DNA of 63,456 nucleotides, the filler included, from Octopus bimaculoides (Eukaryota), in the NCBI RefSeq assembly GCF_001194135.2. It is 4 parts of 3 records of this genome, joined end to end, with 100 filler letters (N's around TTAATTAATTAA, not from the genome) between each part and the next. Parts side by side here need not be neighbours in the genome. Positions count along the whole stretch, not along the records: positions 20,259 to 38,114 come from NC_068981.1; positions 38,215 to 58,049 come from NC_068983.1; 2 more parts are not named here. The stretch is one strand, 5' to 3'. The translations under genes were made by a program, and so were the position numbers. Of the stretch, positions 37,219-50,507 are shown piece after piece; position 1 is the stretch's first letter, and each line of letters opens with the position of its first letter. The notes beneath the pieces are model-generated. The model was not told the origin of the DNA and did no database searches. It saw only the letters and a list, made by a program, of their open reading frames with translations.

Positions 37219-37540
37219 GCCAGTGACACGTGAAAAGACATTCGAGCGAGTTCGTTGCCAGTCCCGCTGGACTGGCTCCTGTGCAGGTGGCACGTAAAAT
37301 ACACCATTTCGAGCGTGGCCGTTGCCAGTACCACCTGACTGGCCTTCGTGCCGGTGGCACATAAAAGCACCCACTACATTCTCTGAGTGGTTGGCGTTAG
37401 GAAGGGCATCCAGCTGTAGAAACTCTGCCAAATCAGATTGGAGCCTGGTGTAGCCATCTGGTTCACCAGTCCTCAGTCAAATCGTCCAACCCATGCTAGC
37501 ATGGAAAGCGGACGTTAAACGATGATGATGATGATGATGA
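37219..37540 (+). mobile_element. Young family C repeat
   Basis: Three GGTGGCAC/TAAAA units, then the conserved block and a (GAT)n tail. Near-identical to 18985-19240. Confidence 0.85.
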
Positions 37541-37924
37541 CCACGCCTCCAAACATTTGATCATATATAAATATTATCATGGACCTTAAACATATATAAA
37601 GTATACATATATAAAAAAAACACAAAAGGTAAAAAATATATATGCGAATAAAAATACAGATATATAGAACGGTCTATGCCTATCAAGAAGATGTATACAA
37701 TCGAATAATATTTCTGAAGCGTGTCATGCGACTAAAAATCTAAATACGATAAAATATCAATCGACTAAAAGAACTCTTTCTTATTCCCCTCAAACAAAAA
37801 TGTATGTTAAGTTCAAGAGTCAAAAGGGTTCCGCATATTCGCATATATATTTTTTTATATGTATACTTTATATATTTAAGGGCCATGGTAATATCTATAT
37901 ATGATCAAATGTTTGGAGGTGTGG
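37541..37924. mobile_element. MITE / foldback element with about 100-bp TIRs
   Basis: Left arm CCACGCCTCCAAACATTTGATCATATATAAATATTATCATGGACCTTAAA... matches the reverse complement of the right arm ...TTTAAGGGCCATGGTAATATCTATATATGATCAAATGTTTGGAGGTGTGG. The match extends to ATATATGCGAATA / TATTCGCATATAT. Confidence 0.85.
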
Positions 37925-38114
37925 TGTTATATATAAAGTCATTGACTGGAATTTGATGTTTGTTCTATGACCAATGTTTCTTTTTTTTTTAGCTCTGTCT
38001 AAATTATATTTGAGCACTTCTTTTGCACTCTTATAAACCCTTTTGTCTCCATAAAAAGAGGCAAAAAATATTTCTTGTCGTGTGTGTGTATATATATATA
38101 TATGTATATATATA

Positions 38115-38214
38115 NNNNNNNNNNNNNNNNNNNNNNNNNNNNNNNNNNNNNNNNNNNNTTAATTAATTAANNNNNNNNNNNNNNNNNNNNNNNNNNNNNN
38201 NNNNNNNNNNNNNN
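38115..38214. other. Artificial scaffold spacer N44-TTAATTAATTAA-N44
   Basis: Same design as the spacers at 20159 and 58050. Confidence 0.95.
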
Positions 38215-38377
38215 CAGGTGCAGCTGTGTGGTAAGAAGCTTGCTTTCCAACCACATGGTTCCAGGTTCAGCCCCACTGTGTAGCACTCTGGGTGTCTTCT
38301 ACTATAGCCTCGTGCTGACCAAGGCCTTGTGAGTGGATTTGGTAGGCGGAAACTGAAAGAAGCCTGTCATGTATGTA

Positions 38378-38437
<60 letters not shown>

Positions 38438-38640
38438 TGTGTCTGTGTTTGTCCCCCACCACCACTTCATGATCAGTGCTGGTGTGTTTATGTCCCCGTA
38501 ACTTAGTAGAAGAGACCGATAGATTAAGTACCAGGTTTCAAAAAATAAGTACTAGGGTTGATACATTCAACTAAAATTTCAAGGTGATACCCCAGCATGG
38601 CTGCAGTCAAATGACCGAAACAAGTAAAAAGACAAAAAGA
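38215..38640 (+). mobile_element. SINE family A, CpG-decayed
   Basis: Family A layout with many CG to TG/CA changes relative to the copy at 23769. Confidence 0.85.
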
Positions 38641-38839
38641 TTATATATATATATATCACCTATTGTAATGGAGACAGCCATTAACAATGTCATTCTCTGA
38701 CATCTTGAATCTATCTCACTCAGAAATCAAAATGGTAGTCATTAATGACTACCATTTTGATTTCCGGTTTACATATATCCAGATTCACTAGTAACCTACT
38801 CTATTGTCATCTGCTAGTGGGCTCTTGTCTTAAAGGAAT

Positions 38840-39720
38840 TTGGTTAAAGTCATATTGACATCCTTAACTTACATCAGTAAAGCTGTCCACCATATCTGGT
38901 ACACGAATCTCTTACCAAAGCTTTCTGCCTCTTGGTTCCACCATCTCTCATCTCTTGGACCAACAGCCTCATATCAGATTACACTATGCCACATATGCTA
39001 CTGGAGCCTTTTCTATCTCTCATTCTATCAGCTTCAATGTAGCCCCGAGTTTGGTTTTATCTGTTGTTCTCTTCCTTCTATGTCAATGACTTACTTGTTA
39101 CCACATTCAACAACACACATTCTTATGCAGATATTACTCTTCATTCCACCTTAACACTTTTCAACCACATATTATCTACTTATAACCTAGACACCATGTC
39201 AAACACATGCTAACAGAGACCTTAAAAGCATCCTCCAATGGGAATATACCAATTTTGTTTCAGCAGCAAGAAAACACATTTCGAGAAAACATCATTGCAT
39301 CACATATTTATTCTTTAATCATGAGCAACACTCAACTAAAAAATGCTCAAAATTGCTCCAATTATTAGGTCTTACTACCACTAAGGATCTCTTCAGTGAA
39401 AGTACATCCTTAATATAGCTAGGTTTCACCCCAATAACTGGCTCCCTTCTTTAGGGCTATAAGATGCTTCAGCCCCAGGAAATTATTGATAATTAAAAAG
39501 CTCGGGTGAGCCCCATAATAGAGTATTGGTTTCATCTAGTATGGTGTTGCTGCTACACATACAGACATCCTAGACAGCATCCAGAAAAGGCCACCCAACT
39601 GATCAGCATAAAGTTACAGAAACACTCCAGCCTCCGACCCACAGGGAAAAAAACAGGACTCTCTATTGCGATCAAAGGAGTAGCCATATGTAGTATGTTG
39701 AAAGGGAGTCGGTAGAAATT
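38840..39720 (+). mobile_element. Highly decayed CR1/Jockey-like LINE RT region
   Basis: YISKAVHHIWYTNLLPKL resembles DISKAFDKVWH..LL.KL. SPIIEY...W and QKRPPN/KATQLI resemble the LINE C-terminal region. Confidence 0.55.
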
Positions 39721-40059
39721 CTATTTAGTATACCCAATGTAAACTATGGATGCACAAGAGGTGTAGTGGGATCATAGGCAGGCTGAGAGAGGAGGAAGAT
39801 TTCATATGTAACAGATTCAATGAAGTAGTAAGAGTTAGAATATCCATGAAATAAATTCTTTCAAATGCTCAGAAAACTCTAAAGAAGTAATAACAACAAT
39901 TATTTCTTAAATAGTAGAAGCTATCAAGATGGAGATGAATGCACCAAAATTATAATAACTAGAATAAGAACAGAATGAGAAAAGTTTAGAGAGCTGTTAC
40001 TTCTGCTGATAACATAGGGAATTTCTATGTAAGTGAAGGGCAGATTGCATGATGTTTAT

Positions 40060-40510
40060 GTGAAAAGTACAATCTTGCATGTAAGCAAAACATGAGCATT
40101 TAATGCAGAAGATATATGAAGGATGGAAAAGAAATGAGGTGTGTGTATTCCACTTAGTATGTAAAGTTCAGTGAACATGACCGATTGCATGCAAAAGACC
40201 TGAGAGTAAAACTAGATATCAGAGGAATCAAATGAAGTGTACAGAAGAAGAGATTTCACAGACAAGTAAACATTTAGCAAATGTCAGTTGGATAAAGAAA
40301 CTCCTAATAATCCAAGTAAAAGGAACCAACCAAAAAAGAAACAAGGAAGACGTGGAACAAAATAGGAAAGATTGAATTCATGAGGCTGGACATCACAAAC
40401 AAGATGATGAGGGACAGCAATAAGTGGCAAGATGCTGAGCTAGAGAAGATGTGTCCAACTCATGCATGGAAAATAGATACAAATGTGATGGTAATGATGA
40501 TGATGATGTG
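40060..40510 (+). mobile_element. Highly decayed RTE 3' end
   Basis: Similar to the 3' part of 10780-11150 (AGAAATGA..., ACCTGAGAGTAAAACTAGATATCAGAGG, GGAAGACGTGG), ending in (GAT)n. Confidence 0.55.
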
Positions 40511-41640
40511 TATATATACACACACACGAACACAAATGTACTTCTCTCCCTATATACCACCTCCTTCATTTAGTATCTCTTTCACTCTCCTCTTCATCTA
40601 CCAATTTTCCTTATCTATCAATCAATCTCTCTCTTCACTATCTATTAATCTATTTCTATCTTTCTCTCATCTTATACTATTAATATTTCACTCTAAGAAA
40701 TGGTACTATAAAACCCACCTACTTTATACCACTATGTCAGTATATGTGTTCATGTATTTGTGTATATAATTGAATGTGTGTCAGTATATACTTGTGTGTG
40801 TGTGTGTGTGTGTGTGGATAGATAGATAGATGAACAGACGAACAGATGGATGGACACACTTTCATGGGTGTTAAAGTATTTGAGTCAGTACATGTGATTG
40901 TGTTTATACAGATTTGATATATGTAAGCACACACAAGCACATACATAATGGTATGGCATAACTGAATCATACACTCAATCTCCATCATTACCACTATCAC
41001 TATCTCTAACATGATCTTCACACCACTGCCCCTTATTATCTCCATCATCACTATCTCCTCCTCATCCTCATCACCATCATAACCACCATTGTCACTACTC
41101 CCATCATCACTATCACCATCGTTAGCATCATATGCATCATCATCATCCTTATAATCAACTTTCTCATCATGCTACTAATACCACCACCATTATCATTACC
41201 CTTACTACCATCACCATCATCAGAGTCATCTTGCATTTGGTTTAAAGCAACATGGAAGCACTTTGGCATTTTCTGAATAAAAGAGAAAGATTATCATGTA
41301 GTTACTGATTGCCAAATACTGTTGCACTTGCAAATGGTGAAAACCTTTTAAGAGGGTGAAATAATTTTCCGTTATTGAATGACTATCAAGAATCTTTTTT
41401 TTTTATTATTATTATTAAGAGAAAAAAGAAAATGAAAGTGCTTATGCCCATAACCAAATAATAAAAAAAGAAAATAGAAATTTAAAAAAGAAAACACTGA
41501 ACAAATGTTATTTGTTTAGCAGAGAGGATGAAGGAGATGGTAGTGGGATTTTTAACTGTATTTGAAGGGGATAAAAGCAAATATGCTATTGATTCTGTTA
41601 GTGTAGGAGTGAATCTCTTAGCAAAAGTTAAAAAGAAAAG

Positions 41641-41680
<40 letters not shown>

Positions 41681-42142
41681 ATGCAGCTGTAAAAGATTGA
41701 CAACCATCACCCAACATATTCAACTTTGTGAATATCTACCATCTCACCATTACCCTAAACAGTTAAAAGATGATAAACAGCTTTAAACTTTTTTGTCCAA
41801 AACTAGAAGTGTTGTAAATGTTTGGTATTGAGAGTGTTTGAAGAATGTCAATAGAGGAACAAACTATCACTATCATCATTATTTATCATCTTTGGATACT
41901 TTAGCATGGTTTCTATGGTTGATGCCCTTCTTAAAGCCAACCACTTTACAGCATGCACTGGGTGCTATTTTTGTGACACCAGCACTAGTGAGGTCACAAT
42001 GCAGCTTCCAAGACTAGGATCCCTGAGAGAAGTGACATTATGCTACCAGATGATGGGTTAAAGAATCTGAAAAAGGAGCTAGAGCAGAATGGATTACTTG
42101 CAGTTAAGGGGTCACATGGCAATTCACATTTTAGAAGAGGTG

Positions 42143-42370
42143 AGGGAGCTGGCAGAAACGTTAGCACGCCGGGCGACATGCTTAGCAGTATTTCGTCTGC
42201 CGTTACGTTCTGAGTTCAAATTCCGCCGGGTTGACTTTGTCTTTCATCCTTTCGGGGTCGATAAATTAAGTATCAGTTACGCGCTGGAGTCGATGTAATC
42301 GACTTAATCCCTTTGTCTGTCCTTGTTTGTCCTCTCTATGTTTAGCCCCTTGTGGGCAATAAAGAAATAA
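42143..42370 (+). mobile_element. SINE family B, young CpG-intact copy
   Basis: Near-consensus head, core and TGTGGGCAATAAAGAAATA tail. Confidence 0.9.
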
Positions 42371-43089
42371 GAAGAGGTGAGGGAGTGATCAGGGTGGAGT
42401 AGGGAAGAGATAAGATAGTGGTGATGAGACATCTGTGTGGACCCTTAATGTTTGAAGCAAGTAGAAGTGAATGGAGGCAGAGGAACCAGGATTGTGGGTG
42501 GATGGGGTTGCAAGAGTGTTTGGCAGAGTGAGAGATGGTTAAAGATGGATAATTGGTGAGAAAATGAATATAATAAAGAATAAGTATTGAGTGGATGATA
42601 TGTAGGAAAAGTAGGGAAGAGTAGGTGACAACTATAGAAATTAGATAGAGTTGAAGAGTAGAAACAGTGAATAGTGGATAAGAGGGGGGGTGGGGTGATT
42701 AAAGATGCATGGTGATGAAAAGTAGCAGAACAGTAAACATGATACAGTTGATAGGAGAAAGATATAAGACAAAGAGAGATGCCAAGTTGTTGGGTAGGTT
42801 GCAAGAGTGTTGGAATAGAAAGGCAGGTGTAATGCATGAAGAGAGTGAGAGACATATGGTGATATAGAAGGTGAGATGATTGGGGGGNNNNNNNNNNNNN
42901 NNNNNNNNNNNNNNNNNNNNNNNNNNNNNNNNNNGGGGCAAGATAAAATGTGAGTGGTGGACAGTATCAAGGATGAGGGATGTATAAGAACTAAAATGGT
43001 TCCAAGGAGTAAGAAAGATTAGTGGTCTCAAGGATATGCTGCCGTTTGAGAGATGATGGGTGGTGGGGTATCCTGAGAAAGAAATCAAG

Positions 43090-43900
43090 CAAAGGGCCTA
43101 GTTGTGTGTGTGTGTGTGTGTTTTCAGTATTTTTTGTTGAGCTGGGTGGATCCTTTTGAGAACCACATATTACCAGTCAACCTGGTTACTTTTCATCTTT
43201 TCTGTCAGGTTCAAGATCCTGAGATCAACCTTCACCACTTTGCCCCATGTTTTCATGTGTTACCCTCTTTCACAAGCTCCATCCACATTAAGTGATTGTC
43301 ACTTCTTTATACAGCAGTCCTTGTTCATATGCATCATATAACCATACTAGTACAGTCTTGTTTTTTTACACACTACATCTGATTCTTCTTATACCCAGTT
43401 TTACTCTCAGTACATTTGTACTATATCATGCTTGTACATCCAACAAAGCAGGCTTGCATCATTTCTCTTCACTCTTCTCAAATATTCTGCAGTAAAGACT
43501 CGCAGCATTAGAGTTCAGAATGTAAGCACCATACAATCTGCCCTTCACTGGCCAGCAGCAGAACTTCAAAACCATCCAGGTATCTAAGAGAATTTATTCT
43601 TGATGAACTCATAGAACATACTACTTCAATATACCTGTCACACATAAAGCTTACTTTCTCTGGTAGTCTGCCTGTGATTCCACTACACCTCTTGAATGTC
43701 CATGATTTATATTGGGCACCTACTTATATTGGTTGATACATACTCCTTTACTGCATGTGAAGTAAGGCATTTTCCATGAAGATACCTCCTGATTTAGAAT
43801 TTCCTTTCTAATTTCTCTGTAGATTTACTTATGAGAACTATATCAGCTTAATGAAATTCCCATGGATACTCAGCCTTAAACTCCTCTGTGGGATTATGAT
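43090..43900 (-). mobile_element. Decayed RTE LINE including the PHD-like segment
   Basis: Minus frame near 43630-43770 reads PYFTCSKGV...WTFKRCSGITGRLPEKVSFMCDRY, homologous to 10408-10539 and 56651-56782. Confidence 0.6.
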
Positions 43901-45099
43901 GAATAAGGATTGAGGACCGAAACTTGATAAACTACATTCATGCTAAATTTGAAATTGTTGTCAACTCTCATTTTACTTGCTGCATCTTTGTACATAGCTT
44001 ACACAGCCCTCACAAGCCACTTGTCTACACTAGTTCCTTCAGTGACCACCAAATTATTGAACATGGAACCTTGTCAAAAACCTTCTCCAAATCAATAGAA
44101 GCCAGGTACAACATTTATTCTTAGCCAACCAAGTTAAGATTAAAACTATACACATAAATATGCATGCACACATACAAACATGTGTGTGTGTATGTGTTTG
44201 TGTGTGGTCGGTCATTGCACATCTGCCATCCCATGCTCTGGACAGGTTGTGGTTGAATCAGTTCTGACTCTAACCTACTGCTTCCCAAAATCAGGGATTA
44301 TGTCTTGTTCATACATTCCATTTTCGACATGCCTTCTTTGGTTGAATGCTCTTCTGATAACCAATTATTCTATAGAGGTTACTGGGTGCAACACTAGCAC
44401 TATAAAAGCTGTCTTGTCTTTGCCAAAACTAAACAGGGTTCTCTATCTTACATTGTCTCCAGTCATTTGTTCACCAGCATCTGGCTGAAGAGTCAATTCT
44501 ACTCTGAAATGTCTTTGCACATTTGCCTATGTTCTTCTAATAAAACGAGATGGGAAAAGAGTGCTACAAAAGCATTAAAATTAAAAAGAAGAATCAGTGA
44601 CAAAAGCAATAGTGTGATAGAAAACAGAGAGAATGAGGAGAGATAGTCAGCTACATGATGCTGGTAAATAGACTAAATAGAAGCAACATGCACAAGTAAG
44701 TGCTAGAAAAGAAGGTAATAGCAGATAAGCAAAGAAATAAGGGTGAATGAATGGTACAGGAGAGAGAGAAAATGAGTGATAGGGGGGAGAGAGAGAGAAA
44801 TGAAAGAAGTGAGAGAGTGATGGGAGAGGGAATGGTGAATATCAAAAATAACAAGTGATGGAAGTGGAAGGAATAAGTGAGAGAGTGATAACAAACAATA
44901 AAAAGGAAATGGTGACTGTAAAGGAGTATTTCATATGAAAGGAAATCTAATAAATGTGCTGGGAATCACCAACTGAATTTAACAATTTTTCCTTTATATT
45001 AATTTAGTGATAAAGCATCTGAAAAGCAGTTGATATAAGTAAGGAGACTGCCTTCATTGAAAAATATTAACTGCACATAAATGGGAACATTTAATTAAT

Positions 45100-45720
45100 T
45101 TCCAAGTAGTCTCTTCCAGTCTCCTGGATATCACTTGACAACTGCATGGAGCCACCTAGTTTCTGTAAGCCTTGCAATAATATCCAGCCCAGCAGAACTT
45201 GTACTTTTGGGATTCTGCAAACACACTGTTCACTCCCCACCATTCTTGAATTACCTCATTTCTAATATGCTCCTGCAATGACGTTCTTGTTCTGGCCCTC
45301 TGAAGAAGAAAGATCAGAATCTAGCCAACTGTTCTTCCTTCTTCATAGTAGTCCGCAAACAGATTGGCATGCTGAGTCATGTCTAGTACTTTGAGCACAT
45401 CTTTAATGCCTTCTGTTTTGTTCTTATTCTGTGTAAGATTTCAGTGTTCATGTTTCAGTATATATTTATTGTCTCTACTGGGTAGATGTGCTCCGTCACC
45501 TCTTCAATCTCATAGCTTCACCCTACTATTTAGCCTTATTTCAGACATGTATTTTGCCTCGGGGTGGCTTATTCTGAGGCCTACTAATGACATCCAGTTG
45601 TCCAGCCCTGCCAGCACAGTCTGCAGCAAATCTGAGGTTTCTGCAATGAGCACAAAGTCATCTGCCAACCAGAAGCATATTAACAACTGATCACTGATAT
45701 TGACAGCACCTTCCTAGTTA
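45100..45720 (-). mobile_element. Decayed RTE-like LINE (RT catalytic region and 3' end)
   Basis: Minus frame reads LLICFWLADDFVLIAETSDLLQ...VGLRISH, similar to the (F/Y)ADD region. Confidence 0.55.
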
Positions 45721-46090
45721 ATGTTTTTTTTTTCCATGACCATTTTGAGGTATTCAGTGAAAGACTTAAGAAAAAGTTATTCATAAAAACTATCATATAC
45801 ACACCCAATATAAAAAAATATATCTGAGCAGTATGTGTGTGTATGTGTGCGTGTGTGTATGTGTGCGTGTGTGTATGTGTGCGTGTGCACATGCATGCGA
45901 GAGTGCAAAAATAATTTTGTGTGAATGAAGTTGCTTACATAGGCATAATCTTATCTCTATATCTTTTCATCATACATCAGCCCAACTTATCAGGGAGTGG
46001 CTGCTGAAGTACTAAAACCCAAACAAGAATACAAATGAGTATTACACAGAAAATATATTACCTCCTCCATATATATAATAGGTGGGTGGC

Positions 46091-46122
<32 letters not shown>

Positions 46123-47929
46123 AAAAAGTAGTTTCATATGTCTTCTATGCTAATTAAATTTGGAAATAAACCAGGATTGTGTCCTCAACATTCCAAGGTG
46201 AGAACTATGAGTAAACAAGTAAACAGTATACTGGATGATGAGCACTATACTGATGATCACTAAGTTTGCATTGAATCTATAGTCATCAGCTGAAATAAGT
46301 AAAAGGGGTTTGTTATCTTTCATGTTTATCCCCTCTAATGAGACAAAGTTACCTGTAGATAGCCTATCACCTTAGCCCAAGAGAAGAACTATCTGTCCAG
46401 CAAGTACTCTGATGTATGTAAAAAGAAACAAAAATTCCATATCAAGAAAGCTTGCAGTGGCATGTATATAAAAAACATGTACAAATACAGGTATATCAAA
46501 TGCTATACAATATAAATTCATGACTTATTACAATTATCTCTGCCACTAGGGGATGTATCAGAATTTACCAATGGGTAATTGAGACTAGCTCCATATGAGG
46601 ATGGGAGATAACTTCAGAGAATTCTTCATTCTTGAGATTGACATACCATTACAAAAGGATAAGCTTTGTTCATGCCTCAATAAACATCACCAGCATGATA
46701 ATTGACCAAGGGACTAAGACATATACAGAAAAAGTAGAATACATTTACAAATTATTTGCATAATCTAAATATTCATAAACAATCAAATTCTGTATGTAGA
46801 TTCTATTAAATTTTGAAAATGAAATATTTTAATAAACACTAACTTTATACTTATCTACTTTGTGTATACATTTTGGGGAGGGGACACCCTATATAGACAG
46901 ACAGATAGATAGATAGATATACAAATCATTACAAACCAGATTTATATATACATAAAATCACCTCCATTGTCATCATTTTAATGTACAATTTTTCAGGTCA
47001 GGCGTAATTTATTGAAGCAGATATTCTATGGTCAAACGCTCTTCCTGTTGCCAACCATCTTTTGTTTCCAAACAAGGTAATATTTCCCCATGGCCTGACA
47101 TGTTTTTCAAAGAGAACTTGAAACAAACACTGTTCAGTTACAACCATTACATGGTGTCAAGAGGAGAGCCTCCACACACACATTCAATAGGTTTTTCCAG
47201 TTTCCATCTACCAAATCCATTCACAAGGCTCTGGTTAGCCTGGGTTATAGTAGAAGATACTTGCCCAAAGTGCCATGCAGTGGCATTGCGCCCTAAAATT
47301 ACATAGTAGGGAAGCAAGCTTCTTACCACATAACCATGCTTGCACCTACGGTATGTATGTAAGTGTGTGATGTGAGCAGCCATGTATTTCCTTTATGACA
47401 AGAAATCTGTTCTGATCCCTTCTTTTATACTCTAACGTTTCATCATCTAGCATATGCTCCTCCCTTTCTAGTGTAGTCCCACCAGGTCAATGGAGATCTT
47501 AGTCTTGTGTGCTACATGGCAATCTCACTTGTGCTGATGCCACAACAAAAGTACCTAGTATACTCTGTAAAGTGCTTGGCATTAGAAAGAGCAAGCATCT
47601 AACTGAAGAAATCATGTCAAAGCAGTCACTAGAACACACCAGAATGCTCTGATCATTCCAATCAAGTCATATTGTCAAACCCATGCCAGCATGGAAACAG
47701 ACATTAAAAGATGATGATATGCATTCACACACACATACACACACACACATACATACATGTATATATATGTATGCATGTATGTATGTATTGTCAGTCTCTT
47801 TCCATTACCTCTCATCCAATAAGAATCAAACTAAATTACTATTTCCAGAATATTCTGCTTTCTCGGCAGATAGGCAGATAGTTGTAGCATTAATTCTCTG
47901 GCCTATATTGAGTGTGGACTGGTAATATA

Positions 47930-49030
47930 GATAGTAAAGAAGAAGAGTAAGAAAATCAGAGAGAATGAGAGATGGAATGAGGAAAGTGGGAGAAAATGCA
48001 AGAAAGGCAGACAAAAAGAGTAAGAAAGTGATAAGGAAGGACATTACAATAAGATGAAAGAGATAAGATGGAAAACTGCTGGAGACACAGATAGTGAAAT
48101 GATAATAATAAATGTAAAAGAGTTAAAAAGAAAAGGAAAAAATTGAATAAAGGACATACAAGAAGGGAGACAGTAGAAGAGAGAAAGAGAGAGGTTGGGA
48201 ATAATGAGAGAGATCAAATAAGAATTTCTAACATAATTACACAGCTTTATATTTTTGGTGTAGGGATGGAATTAATTAAATTCAACCAGTAAATTTCCTT
48301 GGAAGGATGAAAGACAAAGTCAATCCTGGTATGATTTGAACTCAGAATGTAAAGGGATGTAACTAAATGTCAAAACGTATTTGGTGTCACACTTTATTAC
48401 ATCAGCCACTCTTATTCCCTAAAAGGAATAAATAATAGAAGAGATGGAAAGAGAGTGAGAGAGAGAGAATGAAATAAAGAGAAGAGAGAGTGTGAAGTAA
48501 GTGCAAATGTATAAGAGAAGTAGTGAGAGAAAGAAAGAAAGAAAACAAGGAAAATAATATGAGAATGAAAAGGAGACAGGGTGGTGAGAAAATAAAATAG
48601 AAAGAGAAATAGCAGGATTAAGAAGAAAGTATAAGGAGAGATATATATAAAGGAAAGGATCAAAAAGGGAGACAGAGAGAAAGAGAGAGAGAGGAAAAGA
48701 AAAATAAATAGGCAAAGGGAGGGAATTGAATAGAAAAAAGTGAGAGAAATGCAGAGGCAAAGAAGAAGAAAGAAGAAGGAGAGAAGGAAGGATAGAAAAG
48801 AAATGGAAAGAGAGAGGAGCGACAGAAGATGGGATTGAAAGGGAAAAAGACAGAAAAATATGAGGAGATAACATGAGAAAAAGAGACAAAGATAACAGTT
48901 GAAGAAAGTAAAATAAAGAAATAGAGAAGGGGAAAGAGGAAGAGAAGAAATAAAATGAGGAAGATGGAAAAAAGAGAGAAGAAAGACACAGATGCAAGAC
49001 AGGAAGAACTGTGAAGAGAAGTAGGAAAAT
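47930..49030. repeat. Purine-rich (GA/GAA) low-complexity tract
   Basis: About 1.1 kb almost devoid of pyrimidines on the plus strand. It gives spurious F/L/S-rich minus ORFs. Confidence 0.85.
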
Positions 49031-50507
49031 ATGGATTAACTGAAAAGTGTATTTCCATTTCTGACAACTCTGTTTTCTGGTCAACCTACATATTAATGAC
49101 TGCTCACAGGTTGTATGTATGTGAGTGATAGCAAAAACAGCAACAGTAGCAACAAGAGAACATGGGCCTCTCGACTTGCAGCAAATAGCAACCAAACATA
49201 ATTCAATCAAATCTTAAATGAGAAGTATACACGAAATAATGTAATCTTAGATACACTCTGAAAAAAATGAAGCTGAGATGGTTATGGCTGTAACACCTAT
49301 AATCTAATCAGGACTGATTAGAATTAGATGTACTATAGATTATATGATAAATATACTATTATATTATATGCTAGATAAACAAACCAATAATGGGGCCTCA
49401 ACACATTCTGCTAAAAATAGTCACCAGATCTCTCTTATATCACATTTGCTATCTTAAACAAGAACACATTCGATAATTTACTCTTGAAGAAGCAAATGAC
49501 AGGATGGTCATGACTGGAATACTCTTGATCACAGGTCTGTTTTATTAGATTCTGAGGTCAAACACAATAACATCAGCAATAGCCATCATCAATACCAACA
49601 GCAACACAGCAGCAACAGATGGAGGGAGAAGAGGAGGATCAACAGCAACTACAATAGCAACTATAGTTGCAGTAGTAAGTAGTACTTGTAAAAGAAGGAG
49701 GAGCAGCTGTAGCAACCATGGCAATTGTAGTAGTAATAGCAACAATAACAATCATTACAACAGCAGTTGCAACAGTTGTAACAATATTAATAATGTACAT
49801 TTTATTTTTCTCAGTTGGTTCAATGTGGAAGGAGAGGCATGCCCATGGCCCTGCCATTAAGTTTCTCTTGAACTGTTGCAAGTCAATAGTTGCAGGAAAA
49901 ACGTGCGAGGGAGAATTACTGTAGGCCTACATTCTGTAGAGAAATTAGTGATTAGTGTGGTGTTTGGAAAGGCAGTGACACAATATGGGTAACAAGAGAA
50001 GAAAAGATGAGTTGGGGGTGCCTGGGTAGCTGGAGGTTGCATGAGACCAGCCAACTAGCAAGCACCAAGAAGCAGAAGCCACTATAGTAACTGTAGAAAA
50101 AGCAGAGAAAGGAGATAGCACAAATGTAGGCCAGAGGTTAAAGTGCATTTGTGAGTGAAATAAACCAACTGAGTGGTCTTTCTTTGGATACAGCCTAAGA
50201 TGTCTGTGAGTGTAGAAACAAGTTTCTGATGAGCTGACTGGATGTATCAGAGAGTTCAGGAAGTGAGAAATATTGATTGTTATGTGGCAGCATGGTGGGT
50301 AAAGAGTAGATGACCTGATAGGTTCAGAGATGTTGATGTTGGGTTCTGAGGTAGGAATGAGATCGTGGGCAATTGGAATGTCAGTGTATCAAGCAAGTAC
50401 GCCTGAAGGAAAAAACAAAATTGGTGTACAGAAATAAGGTTTGAAAAAGATTCATGGTTTGGCATGTGAAAGTCAAGACAAGTGATGGAGAGGGATGAAG
50501 TTAGATA

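Noticed and set aside
46353-46408. Minus-strand coding exon with good splice signals
   Set aside because: Stops occur in all three frames and there is no partner exon. At best it is non-coding, and this is unsupported.
48419-49210. 263-aa hydrophobic minus ORF as a membrane protein
   Set aside because: It is the reverse complement of a GA-rich low-complexity tract, where stop codons are compositionally rare. No motifs are present.
49480-49540. Minus-strand exon TCDQEYSSHDHPVICFFK
   Set aside because: The acceptor is weak, and the sequence appears to belong to an interspersed repeat with related fragments near 5280-5440 and 8060-8200.
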